This document shows, piece by piece, positions 9,681 to 19,877 of a stretch of DNA of 64,000 bases; the stretch's first letter is position 1, and each line of letters starts with the position of its first letter. This DNA is from a virus (lineage: Duplodnaviria; Caudoviricetes), in IMG/VR virus record IMGVR_UViG_3300023100_000003, positions 1-64,000 of that record. One strand, given 5' to 3'. The position numbers and the translations under genes were made by a program. Under the pieces are notes generated by a model. The model saw only the letters and a program-made list of their open reading frames with translations. It was not told where the DNA came from and did not search any database.

Positions 9681-10625
9681 TTAGTTTCCGATAGCAATCC
9701 AGCTAAAATTTTCAGTGGGTCCAGTATTTACCAATATAAAATTTGTAGCAAACGCATATGCTTTAGGAGCAAATAAATCTGTACTCACATTACTGGATGC
9801 TATACTTACTACGCCCATAAAACATGAGCTAGGGAATGATCTACTTAAAGCAGCATTGGCTGTTGAGTTAGCATTGACAGATTGAGTACCCCATTGAATA
9901 ATCAAACCTCCTAACCAAGTAGGGAAACTAATCTGTCCCATTGTCCCTACGGTAAGGCTGAAACCTAACCTTAACTTACGTGGAGTGATTGCTACAGTAT
10001 TATCTGAACCAGCACTAGCTTGAGCATCTGTAGCGATGTTTATGACACCTGAGAATCCTTCAGCAGAGTATTGCTTTATATTATTGAAGGCTGTCCCGCC
10101 ATTAGCTAAGTCAGTTAAGTTATTGGCCTTAGTTGGGTATTTATTATCAGTTTCAGCTTTAGAGTAGACTGATAAGTTAACCCTAGCAGTATTTACGTTC
10201 GGGAGATCTGACAAATTTGCGGCTTTCGATGTAAAGAGTGCAGTTGTTTGTGCAGATGTATATGCCTCATCTGTAAAATAAAAAGCTTTCTTCCAATAAG
10301 TAGGACTTGATCCAGACCCTTCTGGAGCTACGACAATAGTCTCAGGACCATTATCTAACTTAGCTACATAAATTATACCACTAGGAGCTTGAACATAACT
10401 CTTACCAGCTAAGTAATTGGTGTTAACATCATATTCTGCTGTGCCACGTTGATTTAAATGGGCAAGCATTGCATCTTGTTTGTTTTCAATGTAATTGAAT
10501 TGTTCCAATGTAGGTATCTCTACAATAAACCCTGTAGCAATCTTACTATCATCTGGAGGAGGAGACATATCCCCATTACTAGCCCACAGCTTTTCTATCT
10601 TAGTTGGTTTGTTAAATATTGGCAT
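9681..10625 (-). CDS. Baseplate-proximal tail fibre protein
   Basis: NLSDL...ARVNL repeats, VAITPRKL, and C-terminal GLIIQWG...WIAIGN (gp53-like). Confidence 0.8.
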   Translation of the reverse strand: MPIFNKPTKIEKLWASNGDMSPPPDDSKIATGFIVEIPTLEQFNYIENKQDAMLAHLNQRGTAEYDVNTNYLAGKSYVQAPSGIIYVAKLDNGPETIVVAPEGSGSSPTYWKKAFYFTDEAYTSAQTTALFTSKAANLSDLPNVNTARVNLSVYSKAETDNKYPTKANNLTDLANGGTAFNNIKQYSAEGFSGVINIATDAQASAGSDNTVAITPRKLRLGFSLTVGTMGQISFPTWLGGLIIQWGTQSVNANSTANAALSRSFPSSCFMGVVSIASSNVSTDLFAPKAYAFATNFILVNTGPTENFSWIAIGN

Positions 10626-10639
10626 TTATTTTTTCTCTA

Positions 10640-11344
10640 TTAACTACCATAAGATTCACCGTAACCTACACCGTATCCACTGGCTCCTGTGAAATCAGGT
10701 ATGCCTGTATAATCTAGTATCATAGATACGCCTACTGTTTTTGGAAGTAATCTTGTTGGATATGATTGTTTATAAGATACGTAGTTTAAGAGTGATTTTT
10801 CAAACTCTGTTATTGGCCTACCAAAATATAAAGTAAAACTAGCTTCTTCATGTTCTTCTACATAAGCTTGTGTTGTATTGAATATAAGATTCACTACAGT
10901 AATAAATTCTTCCGGAGTAGAGGCTGTTATATTTTTAAATATCTTAGCTTTAATGTATTTACGATAGTTGTCATCATCAAGAGGAACGTTCTTACCAGCA
11001 GGAGTATTTTCTGATTTAAAATAACCACCAAGAGCTGTACCAAATTGTCCCATTGACTGAGCACCAACAGCACCTTGGAAACCAAAGTATTCATATAACT
11101 CTGCTGCTACCAGTTCCCTCTCTTGTCCAACTATCCTACCAATAACATCTAATTGAGCACCTACAGCAGTATCAACATCCCGTAGTTGCATTAAATCTCT
11201 TAGTGTGTTTTGAATCTCAATTTGAGAGTTAATCATCAATTGTAAATACTTATCAAATACTGGTTGATCTTTAAATTGAAAAGTCACTCTACTTCTTGCT
11301 TCTGCAAGATAATCTTTCATCTCAAAAGGAGTTAGATCTGCCAT
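10640..11344 (-). CDS. Baseplate wedge protein (DUF2612-like)
   Basis: AVGAQLDVIGRIVG and LDDDNYRKYIKAKIFKN; follows the J-like gene. Confidence 0.8.
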   Translation of the reverse strand: MADLTPFEMKDYLAEARSRVTFQFKDQPVFDKYLQLMINSQIEIQNTLRDLMQLRDVDTAVGAQLDVIGRIVGQERELVAAELYEYFGFQGAVGAQSMGQFGTALGGYFKSENTPAGKNVPLDDDNYRKYIKAKIFKNITASTPEEFITVVNLIFNTTQAYVEEHEEASFTLYFGRPITEFEKSLLNYVSYKQSYPTRLLPKTVGVSMILDYTGIPDFTGASGYGVGYGESYGS

Positions 11345-11348
11345 AATA

Positions 11349-12836
11349 TTACACAGTAGTTATAATTATATTTGCGGGATCTAGTGTGTAGATACCATTG
11401 AAAGGAATTACAATATTAGAAGTGCCTGCTGGGGAAGGAGACGTACCAATTGTTAAAGCATTTACTTGATGACCTACAATACTATTAATGGGTGTATACA
11501 ATCTACTATAAACAATGTCATCCCCAATACCAAAGTTCTCTTCCAAGTAATCCAATAAAGCTTGTTTTACTTGAGCATCACCATCAGCAGGGTATACACC
11601 AGTTGTTTTAAGCAAAGACATACTAATATACAAGGCTGTTGGAACTGGTCTATTTAATCCAATAAAGTGAGGGAAGCCTTGACTATCAAATATTGTCGTA
11701 TACCCTGTTGGATAGGTTGTAGCTGGAGCTTGTATTTGATATGAAAGAATACCTAGTGGTTTATTCTCCCAAATAGTTTTAGCTAGTGTAGCTGTATCTC
11801 CACCAACAACAATAGGCATAAAGCTATGAGCTGGTCTTCCATCAGAGTCTGTTGCATCAGTATCATTTTCATAAATAACAACTTCTGTAACACCTTCAAC
11901 ACTAATTAATGCTGAGTATAAAGCCTCTAAAATATTACTAGCTCTTTCATACTTAGTATCCCTGAAACGAATACGAAGTTCATCGTCTGTCTCAGTACCA
12001 TTACCACCTACACCAACTGTGTAGTTATATACGCTATCCCAACCTAATACAGGAGTTGCAATATTTGTAATAGTGTTGACTGGTTGATCTACTTCACCCG
12101 CTTCTTCAGCTTGTAATTCAACTACACGTTGATATTTAGTGATATTGATATTAGCTGTCTTGGTGAATGTACTGAAAGAGTAAGGATCTTTCTTTTGCAC
12201 TTGTAAGGTATTAGTAGTTCCAACATTATTTACAGTAATATAATCATTATGTGGTGCAATTAGCGAAGCAGCTTTTAAACCATTCACTATCTCTAACTCT
12301 GTAGCACTACCATCGCTGGTATAAGAACATGTCTTTGTACCGTCTACAGTCGTGTAGGAGACAGAATAGACTGTGCTGTTACTCACAGTACCTATTGTAA
12401 TGTAAATACCGCTGGAGAGAGTTGTAGACAGCGTAACAGGGCTTCTAGTACGCCATAACAAGTTAGTACCTGTTCCACGTACAGCACTATTATAAGGGAT
12501 AACAACACTACCATCTCCTGTAAGGATAGCTTGAGCTGTAGCTCTTTCTTCTTGCTGTCTGGTTAATCCACCAAGTTTTACTAATTTATCTAATGCTAAA
12601 CCTGTAGCTTTCTCTGGATCAAATGCACTATCTACTTGTTGTAGGGCTTCCCATAAATCAGCTATTGATGGGGCACTTACACCTATCAATCTACCAATGG
12701 TAGTGTTATCTCCAGTATCAACTACTTCACCAGCTGGAACTAACTCTTGAAACAACTCAACAGCTTTTTGTCTGTTAGCTGCAAGGATATCACTCAGTCT
12801 TTGGATTACTAATCCTTCTGCTGTTAATCCACTCAT
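11349..12836 (-). CDS. Baseplate J-like wedge protein
   Basis: ATGLALD, ETDDELRIR, GVTEVVIYENDT and IWENKPLGI motifs. Confidence 0.85.
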   Translation of the reverse strand: MSGLTAEGLVIQRLSDILAANRQKAVELFQELVPAGEVVDTGDNTTIGRLIGVSAPSIADLWEALQQVDSAFDPEKATGLALDKLVKLGGLTRQQEERATAQAILTGDGSVVIPYNSAVRGTGTNLLWRTRSPVTLSTTLSSGIYITIGTVSNSTVYSVSYTTVDGTKTCSYTSDGSATELEIVNGLKAASLIAPHNDYITVNNVGTTNTLQVQKKDPYSFSTFTKTANINITKYQRVVELQAEEAGEVDQPVNTITNIATPVLGWDSVYNYTVGVGGNGTETDDELRIRFRDTKYERASNILEALYSALISVEGVTEVVIYENDTDATDSDGRPAHSFMPIVVGGDTATLAKTIWENKPLGILSYQIQAPATTYPTGYTTIFDSQGFPHFIGLNRPVPTALYISMSLLKTTGVYPADGDAQVKQALLDYLEENFGIGDDIVYSRLYTPINSIVGHQVNALTIGTSPSPAGTSNIVIPFNGIYTLDPANIIITTV

Positions 12837-12841
12837 TCAGA

Positions 12842-13213
12842 TTATGCTCCAAGAAGAATGTCTATATAATTTGTTATTTGATTTACATTGGTTCTTACTT
12901 TAAAACTTAACTGGTAAGTTCTGGTTTGAACATCAATGATTGAATTGAATTCTATGATTTCAAGAACATCTGGTTCACTAAGAATAGCTTCTTGGAAGAT
13001 TGTATCTATTGTTGATTTACTCACACCACGTTTGAATATGGTTTGGAAATATGGTATCCCCTCCGTAGTATTGAGAAAATACTCACCCCTAAACGTCAAT
13101 AATTTAATCTTCAGTCTTTGGGCGACCGTCAGTCTATTTTCATAAGTAACGGGGGTTGTTCCGTTAATGAATAGTGTGTCATGGGTTTCGGGATCTAATA
13201 AAATGTCAGTCAT
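12842..13213 (-). CDS. Baseplate/sheath initiator, gp25-like (DUF2634)
   Basis: QRLKIKLLTFRGEYFLNTTEGIPY motif. Confidence 0.8.
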   Translation of the reverse strand: MTDILLDPETHDTLFINGTTPVTYENRLTVAQRLKIKLLTFRGEYFLNTTEGIPYFQTIFKRGVSKSTIDTIFQEAILSEPDVLEIIEFNSIIDVQTRTYQLSFKVRTNVNQITNYIDILLGA

Positions 13214-14174
13214 TATTTAAACCTAGATAGTGGGAATACTGTGAGCTTTGAATAACTAGAAAAGTGGAAATAAGTTCCTTATCAAAAGTCTCCGTATAAC
13301 CATCTTCTAAAGTGTTTTTAGTGAATATAGGCTTAAATAAATCTTTGAATACCTTCTCATGCTTTCTAGCATACCTACCTTCAGAGTAATCCCAAGACAC
13401 TAGTAGATTCAAATTTTGATTGTTATTATAATTAAGAGCAACTAATCTCTTATTTAAATTATAAGTTATTCCATACTTATAACCCACTATCCCTGAATTA
13501 TCTTTTATAGTTAATAAATAAAGATGAGAGGGTTCAAATTCCTTAAAATTACTAGTAGGTCTACAAGGACAATCATCTTTATTCTGCATGATTGCCGAGA
13601 ATGATCTTTTTGTTATTTGTTTACAAACACTACATTCCAAATTAACTTTATGTTTATCCATTAAAGGTTTATCTTGCACTTTGGATATAAATTTAAGGGA
13701 TGTTGAAGATAGTGTGGACTTTATTCTTTCTATTTTTACAGGTTCGTCTGAAATTAGTCTTTTCTTTAAATTGCAAGGGATACAAACCACTCCCTCTCTG
13801 ACAATAGTATCCATTCTTTTCTTAGACTTACCATCACAAGATTTACAAAGTAAATGTAAAAGTTGCTGTGGTTTTAATATTGGGGGATGGTTATTTAATA
13901 AGATTAGTTCACTATTGATTAGAGCTTCTTTAACTTTAATCTCTCTTTGTTCAGGAGAAATATTTTTGCCTCCTAAACAACCACAACTTCTAATATTTCC
14001 ATCTTTGAGGTGGCTATACCTAGCTATCTTTAAGTTTCCACATTCACATTTACACTCGACAGTTCTTACGTTAGATTTTCCTGTTCTTCCCACTTCCCTC
14101 AACAAAGTAAGTTTTCCAAACTTTTCTCCTTCTTTAATAATTACAGGGTATCCTTTACCAGTTTTTATTGTCAT
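13206..14174 (-). CDS. Free-standing homing endonuclease (Zn-binding repeats plus GIY-YIG-like domain)
   Basis: GEKFGKLT...CKCECGN...SCGC N-module, CxxC repeats, and LYLL...YKYGITYNLNKRL...E nuclease-like C-terminus; interrupts the baseplate operon. Confidence 0.7.
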   Translation of the reverse strand: MTIKTGKGYPVIIKEGEKFGKLTLLREVGRTGKSNVRTVECKCECGNLKIARYSHLKDGNIRSCGCLGGKNISPEQREIKVKEALINSELILLNNHPPILKPQQLLHLLCKSCDGKSKKRMDTIVREGVVCIPCNLKKRLISDEPVKIERIKSTLSSTSLKFISKVQDKPLMDKHKVNLECSVCKQITKRSFSAIMQNKDDCPCRPTSNFKEFEPSHLYLLTIKDNSGIVGYKYGITYNLNKRLVALNYNNNQNLNLLVSWDYSEGRYARKHEKVFKDLFKPIFTKNTLEDGYTETFDKELISTFLVIQSSQYSHYLGLNND

Positions 14175-14187
14175 TTGTATTCTCTAA

Positions 14188-14925
14188 TTAAACTGGGGGA
14201 CCGGAAGTACCGCCACCGGATTCAACACCAGAATGGGTATGTGTAGATAACGATTTTCCACCACCAGTAATAGTAGGAGCTGTAATACTTCCACTTGAAT
14301 CTATATTGCCATTAACAACCAAGTTACCATTGACTGTAGAAGTGCTAGCAGTGATATCGACTGTGTTTGCTTTAACTTCAGCTTCATCGGCATTAATAGT
14401 TATCTTACCTGTTGTGGTAATAGATACACTTCCATCCTTCCCTAATCTCACTTCCACTTCATTAGCTGTTCCAATGTTATGAGCTAACACTACATCTCTT
14501 GGATTATGAGCTAAGGTTCTACGTGATGGTTGATTAGCTGCTTTAGAGAATGAAGATAAACCTACGATTGCTACAGCATCTCTTTTATCAAACTTACGTA
14601 AATCAATCGGATTAACTATCCCACCTTGATTCTTAAACAGATCAATACAACGATGACTGAATGTACATAACACTTCATCACCAGTATTGATTTCTAATGT
14701 AAGAGCGCTTGTACTGGTAGAGGGGAACATCACAGGAACAGATAGGATAGGGGGATGAGGCTTATAATCTCCTTCTGGAGTGATTATATTTATTGCAGGT
14801 TGTACATCTACTCTTTGTTCATTGATGTCTTTAATATTGATAATGACACAAGGGATTGAAGTGTAGACATCATGAATCTGATGTTGAAAAGATTTTATTA
14901 ATAATTCTGTCCACTCTTTACTCAT
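14188..14925 (-). CDS. Baseplate central spike (Gp138-like)
   Basis: VDVQP...VPVMFP...GDEVL OB-fold; C-terminal THTHSG metal-binding apex. Confidence 0.85.
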   Translation of the reverse strand: MSKEWTELLIKSFQHQIHDVYTSIPCVIINIKDINEQRVDVQPAINIITPEGDYKPHPPILSVPVMFPSTSTSALTLEINTGDEVLCTFSHRCIDLFKNQGGIVNPIDLRKFDKRDAVAIVGLSSFSKAANQPSRRTLAHNPRDVVLAHNIGTANEVEVRLGKDGSVSITTTGKITINADEAEVKANTVDITASTSTVNGNLVVNGNIDSSGSITAPTITGGGKSLSTHTHSGVESGGGTSGPPV

Positions 14926-15832
14926 CTTCTTCGTCCAATGTATTATCTACTGTTCTTTCTTTATCTTCACACTTACATTCAGTGTACCAATCATTAGTGC
15001 GATTACCACCGTAATGTCTTAGGTCACTAATCTTGTACCAACCGTTAATTGTAGAGCTTTCTATTTTAACGATACTTCCGGCTCTCAATGAGGGATTCAT
15101 AAGTACTTTGAAGTGAACTCCACCTTTATTCTTTACAGATTTCTTTGCATATCCAACTTCAACTCTTGTTTCATAAGGTAGTTCTATCAAACCACTTTCT
15201 TCATTGATAAGAGGGGCTAATGCATAGTTTTCATCTAATGTTCCTGTAGCATCATGTACGTAAAGAACATCATTATCTATGTTGTAATCTAGGTTGTAAG
15301 TTCTACAGATGTTATCTAATGTTTCTCTTGCTGTACCACTCATAGAGTAACCGTACAACACTTTATTATTTATATTGAAACCTGAGAATACACCTTTACT
15401 TATCCCAGTCATTTCTCTTTGAAGTGTTTCTATCACTTCTTTTACTGTCTTACCTTCTGGCACAACAGCTTGGACAGTCTCATGGTTTAATGCTACATAA
15501 CCACTACCCATTAATATTTGTGTTACAAGATCTGGACCTTGTTTTCTTGTAGAAACAGAAACTATCTCTCCTTTAATTAAGGTTATAATTTCTTGTTTAG
15601 CGTACCCTGCTTTAAGGAAAGCAACTGGATAATCTTTCTCTAATACTTTAAGTGCTTCTTCTGGAAGATTGTACACTTCTATCTCAGCACTATTTTGTTT
15701 CTTCAAAGCTGTAGAACTTTTATTCACTGAGAATGTTAAGTTCATAGGAGGAGTTATAACAACAGCTTCAAAGGTATTGCCATCACCAATAGTTAATTCA
15801 TACCACCTATTGATTTGTAAATTATCAGCCAT
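14918..15832 (-). CDS. Baseplate hub protein
   Basis: NSAEIEVYNL, LKAGY, ESGLI, and GWYKI...HYGG motifs; upstream of the spike. Confidence 0.75.
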   Translation of the reverse strand: MADNLQINRWYELTIGDGNTFEAVVITPPMNLTFSVNKSSTALKKQNSAEIEVYNLPEEALKVLEKDYPVAFLKAGYAKQEIITLIKGEIVSVSTRKQGPDLVTQILMGSGYVALNHETVQAVVPEGKTVKEVIETLQREMTGISKGVFSGFNINNKVLYGYSMSGTARETLDNICRTYNLDYNIDNDVLYVHDATGTLDENYALAPLINEESGLIELPYETRVEVGYAKKSVKNKGGVHFKVLMNPSLRAGSIVKIESSTINGWYKISDLRHYGGNRTNDWYTECKCEDKERTVDNTLDEEDE

Positions 15833-15844
15833 TGTTAACTCTCA

Positions 15845-16174
15845 TTATGTTTCATAAATATAGACGAGCTGGAAGTATTCAGCGATATTCTCAGGATCGG
15901 TTTCGTATTTATAAATGTTATCTTCAACTAGAGGTATTAAATAAAAGTTTCCATCTAAATCCCCTAGCACTAATCCATCTAACATTGGGTAGTTAGGAAC
16001 TAACTTCACAGAAACAATGATTGGAACATTGTCACTTGTATTGATATCCATATACCAACATCTTTCACGAGTTGACCATCTGAATACGAAGTTATAAGAA
16101 ACTTTATTTAACGAGAAGGAGTAGGTGTAATAAGGATCAGTGTATAAATACATAACTTCATAATTAGTACTCAT
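15845..16174 (-). CDS. Baseplate plug/small baseplate protein
   Basis: YNFVFRWSTRERCWYMDI pattern and synteny. Confidence 0.65.
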   Translation of the reverse strand: MSTNYEVMYLYTDPYYTYSFSLNKVSYNFVFRWSTRERCWYMDINTSDNVPIIVSVKLVPNYPMLDGLVLGDLDGNFYLIPLVEDNIYKYETDPENIAEYFQLVYIYET

Positions 16175-16986
16175 AGATCTAATCCTGTCTTTAATATACT
16201 TTTGTTCTTATCTACTTCCGCTTTAATACGAGCTTTCTCTTCATCAGACTGTAATAAGATATTAGGTTTATACCCTTTATTTGTTAGAGGAGCAGCTTGA
16301 CTTTTCACAGGAGCAGATACATTAGCAGGTTTTAATTTAGCTACTTCTTTCTGATCAATCACAGTTCTTTTAAGTTCAGTGAAAGTTACATGCTCTAAAC
16401 TCATAGTGATGTACAAAGCTAAACCACTTTCAGGATCTTCACTAAATGTAAGAGACTTCATTACCAAAGGGTCTATGAATTTATCTAACTTATTATTTTT
16501 ATATTCATACAAAGTTATTAATGATAAACCATCTTTCTCAAACAAACCTTCTAACAACAATCTAATAGTATTTAATACATCACGTCTTGTATTAGAGGAA
16601 GCTGTCATTACAGAACTTCCTGCATCTACAAAGAATGCTGAGATGCTATCAGGAAGTAAACTTAGAAGATCACTATTGTTACCTTTAATTCTCACTGAAG
16701 GTATGTCAGAAGCATTAACATTTAAAGGAAGGTTATTACTCTCACCTCTAATCTGTTCTTTACCAATTGATATATCAGCCCCTGAAATAACTCCAGTGAT
16801 ATTGTATATAGGATTATTTCTAATAAAGTGATCAGAGATATTTCCACCACTACCAATTGGATGAGATGTGACAGTACCGGTGTATTCTCTGGTGTAATTT
16901 GTTACAGCATCTAAATAGATAAATCCAGATGTGTTGGTGGAACTACCATCTAAAGAGTCATCCCCAAACTTGATTGCTAAACTCAC
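16171..16986 (-). CDS. Dit-like tail tube initiator
   Basis: LDAV...VTSHPIGSGGNISDH motif; directly after the tape measure. Confidence 0.7.
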   Translation of the reverse strand: MSLAIKFGDDSLDGSSTNTSGFIYLDAVTNYTREYTGTVTSHPIGSGGNISDHFIRNNPIYNITGVISGADISIGKEQIRGESNNLPLNVNASDIPSVRIKGNNSDLLSLLPDSISAFFVDAGSSVMTASSNTRRDVLNTIRLLLEGLFEKDGLSLITLYEYKNNKLDKFIDPLVMKSLTFSEDPESGLALYITMSLEHVTFTELKRTVIDQKEVAKLKPANVSAPVKSQAAPLTNKGYKPNILLQSDEEKARIKAEVDKNKSILKTGLDL

Positions 16987-19877
16987 GGGGTTGCTCCTAT
17001 TTGATCTTTAGGTTGAGAATCTTTTGAAGAGAATTGAGAAATAATATCCAATACGTTTACCTTCTGATTATCGAAAGTACCATTAAGATATAATTCAATT
17101 GGAGGTATTTGTTGTGAAGGGAATATATTTGGATTATTACGTTTAGAACCAAGCATTGATAAGTTACTAAGAACTTGATCACCACTCATCATTCCAGTTC
17201 CCATTGCCCTGAAGTAACGATCTTGTTCATCTTCAGTTATGGTCCCATCTCTTAAAGCAGCCTGTAATTTCTGAACTGTACTTCTATCTGCATACTGATA
17301 ACCACGGATGTTATCAAAACTTAATCCTGTAGCATTACCAGCAGCGTTAGTTGCAGATCTTAACCAAGCATATCCTTTACCAAATGCACCAGTATTAGTT
17401 TCTGTTGCTTTAGCTAGGTTGATGGATGAGAACTTATTGATATCATCTATGCTAGGAGCACCTACTTGAGGAGCAGTTGGAGCAGTTTGATTCTTAAGAC
17501 CTTGTACATACTTGTAAGCCTCGATTAAAGCGCCTACAGCAGCGATTGCAGCGATCATAGGAGAGAAGGCAGCTGTTACAGCTACACCGATTACCCCCAG
17601 TCCTACAGCGATTGCATTATAGTTCAAACCTGTCAATTCAGTAAGGAAGTTAACTAGATCTCCTAGTACGCTATCACCACCTCTTACGAATACACTTAGA
17701 TCATCAAGAACACTAATCAGTAATGCTATCTTACCAACACCTGTACCCAATAGTGCAAACAAAGGGAGCAATAAAGCAGCCAAAGGAGCAGCACCTTGTA
17801 CAATTCTTTCAAATGCTTTCTCTAAATCAAGAAATGCTTTACCAAGATTACGAATATCTTCAGAATGTTTAGTGAGGAAATCTGCCATGAATTTAAAGAA
17901 ATTCGTCATCCCTTTGTCAAATCCACCCATACCAAAGGTTTCAATTGAACTACTTAAAGCATTCTTAAATCTGTTATGTTGAGCACCTGTAGTGTTTAGG
18001 TAAGCTTCACGTCCACCAGCTGCTTGTTCCCCTAACATTCTAGAGAATATCGGAAGAACTTTCTCAGCAATTACATTACCCTTTTTCATTTGGGCTAGTA
18101 ATTCAGCTTCAGCTTTTTGTCCTGTTAGGTTACCTCCTTTAGATTCTTGGTAGGCAAGAGATAATACTTCTTTAGCTCCAGAGAAGCCTTGAGCTTCAGC
18201 TAGTTGGTTATTTAATTCTTCCATTATGTTCAATAGTAGTCGTTAATTACTATCCGCTTTATTCAAGCTGCTGCATGTTTCCATGCAGATCAGATCATAT
18301 CTTAACCCTCATCTTTCGATGGTGGGGTTCTACCCATTTCGCTTCACTTGAAGCTACGTCATTACTGACTGATCGTTGGAGTTTGATCTCTTGTTGACTT
18401 TTATTTGATACTGAGAAGAAATATGTTTCCACGCATGTCCAGCTCTTATCTTAGTTGCTTGTTGCTCTGATATCCCATACTTAACAACAGCATCTTTAGG
18501 CTTCATACCATTTTGGTAATCTAGGCATAATGAATGTACAAATTCATCTGTTAATTTAGACCTACCATTTAGTTCACCTTTAAGATAAGGGACTAACTCA
18601 TCGTCATATGCTTGCTTATTATTACCAGCAGTATCTGACCATTGTAAATTTAAATATGAATTGTTAAGTTTGTTATTGTCTAAATGCTTAACTAACACTA
18701 CGCCCCAATGCTCTTTAGAACATTTTTCAATTAAATCTGGGGGAGGTGGTTCTAGGAACATTTCAGCAACTAATCTATGAACTTTTAAGCCTTTTGGCTT
18801 ACCTTTTATTTTATAAAGAAATACATAATAACCGGACTTACCGATGTTAGTATATCTTATGGTATGTGTTTTACTATCTCTTATAGTACCATAACACCCT
18901 ACTTCTAATCTTGTATAGATTGGGTGTATTTTAAAAATCTCCTCGGAGACCCTTACCTGCGGATTGTCCATTTCAAACCTCTTTAGTTAAATGAGGTATC
19001 ATACACTAACTTTTTATAGCATTCAAGCTTATCTGTTAAGATTACTTTTTAGCATAGTGTCTTTAGGAGTTTCCCGCAATTAAAGTAGTATTACCCTTAC
19101 TGTTACCAATAAGGCGACCAAAGTTTTAGCCGTTATTTTTCCTTTAGACCACATCTGGCCTATAGCTTTCATAGCACGTTCTAGTCCAACCCTGTCAGCA
19201 CCACGAGTTAAACCGTACTGACTGATATCACTAAAACTTTGAAGTGATTTATCATAACCTTGCTTATTTATGGAAGCACCCATGTAGCTTTGGAATACAG
19301 GTAATTGATTTGTGTAATCAAAACCTTGAGCATTAGCAGTGTTCTTTAACCATTGAAATGCATCTACGCCTCTACCTTTAGTGATAGTATTTAGAGCAAC
19401 CTTAGATGACTGAATGTCTTCAGATCTTTGGTTAATACCCATCAATCCATAGCCAGCACCAACGCCAGCCAATGCTCCAATACCGTATCTACCTAAGTAA
19501 CTAGATGTACCACCTCTGTAGCTGTTGTTTGAGGCATTAGAAGCTGTTCTATTAGAGGAGTTGTTAGCTATTGCGTTAACTCTTAAAGTAACACCAGTAT
19601 TGAAAGCTCTTTGTACTGATCTTCTCAACTCTACAGCATTCACAGAGAAAGAGTTAATAGGTAATCTAATTCCTCCTGACTCATTAACAGCTCTTTGTAT
19701 AGCTCTGTTTAAATCTCTTTGCCCAATCGTAAATCTATTGATTCTGATATTCAGGTTAAGCTGTCTTGATATATTATTTTTTACATCAGTGATCTTTCTA
19801 TTTAAAGCACTAACACTAGCGTTATCTATCTTGAAACCAAACTTGGCATAATAGGATGAAATTTCTGTAGCCGCCAT
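16983..19877 (-). CDS. Tape measure protein, spliced (exon 1 19128-19877, exon 2 16983-18221; 662 aa)
   Basis: Joining ...GQMWSKGKITA to EELNNQLAEA... restores the conserved tape-measure motif in frame; position follows the chaperone. Confidence 0.9.
18354..18971 (-). CDS. Intron-encoded HNH homing endonuclease
   Basis: VHRLVAEMF...VKHLDNNKLNNSYLNLQW...N HNH motif and GELNGRSKLT DNA-binding tail. Confidence 0.9.
   Translation of the reverse strand: MDNPQVRVSEEIFKIHPIYTRLEVGCYGTIRDSKTHTIRYTNIGKSGYYVFLYKIKGKPKGLKVHRLVAEMFLEPPPPDLIEKCSKEHWGVVLVKHLDNNKLNNSYLNLQWSDTAGNNKQAYDDELVPYLKGELNGRSKLTDEFVHSLCLDYQNGMKPKDAVVKYGISEQQATKIRAGHAWKHISSQYQIKVNKRSNSNDQSVMT
18998..19026 (-). promoter_or_regulatory. 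Sigma70-like promoter inside the intron, for the HNH gene
   Basis: TTGAAT-17 bp-TATGAT, 27 nt upstream of the HNH ATG. Confidence 0.6.

Larger units (their letters stand above)
18222..19127 (-). ncRNA. Group I self-splicing intron (subgroup IA2-like), 906 nt
   Basis: Exon 1 ends in U with P1 CGGCU/GGUCG (U-G wobble). P2 CCUUAUUG-GUAA-CAGUAAGG; P3 CUACUU/GGGUAG; P element AAUUGCGGGAAAC; Q element AAUCCGCAG; P7 GAUCA/UGAUC; P7.1, P7.2, P8; P9 UGCAUG-GAAA-CAUGCA; terminal G at 18222. Confidence 0.93.

Noticed and set aside
13206-14174. Intron around the baseplate-region endonuclease (and around the 33818-34630 HNH)
   Set aside because: Flanking genes look intact and the ORFs abut or overlap them, leaving no room for ribozyme core elements; treated as free-standing.
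16983-19877. Two separate tail genes or a pseudogenised tape measure
   Set aside because: The precise in-frame junction and complete group I core explain the split.
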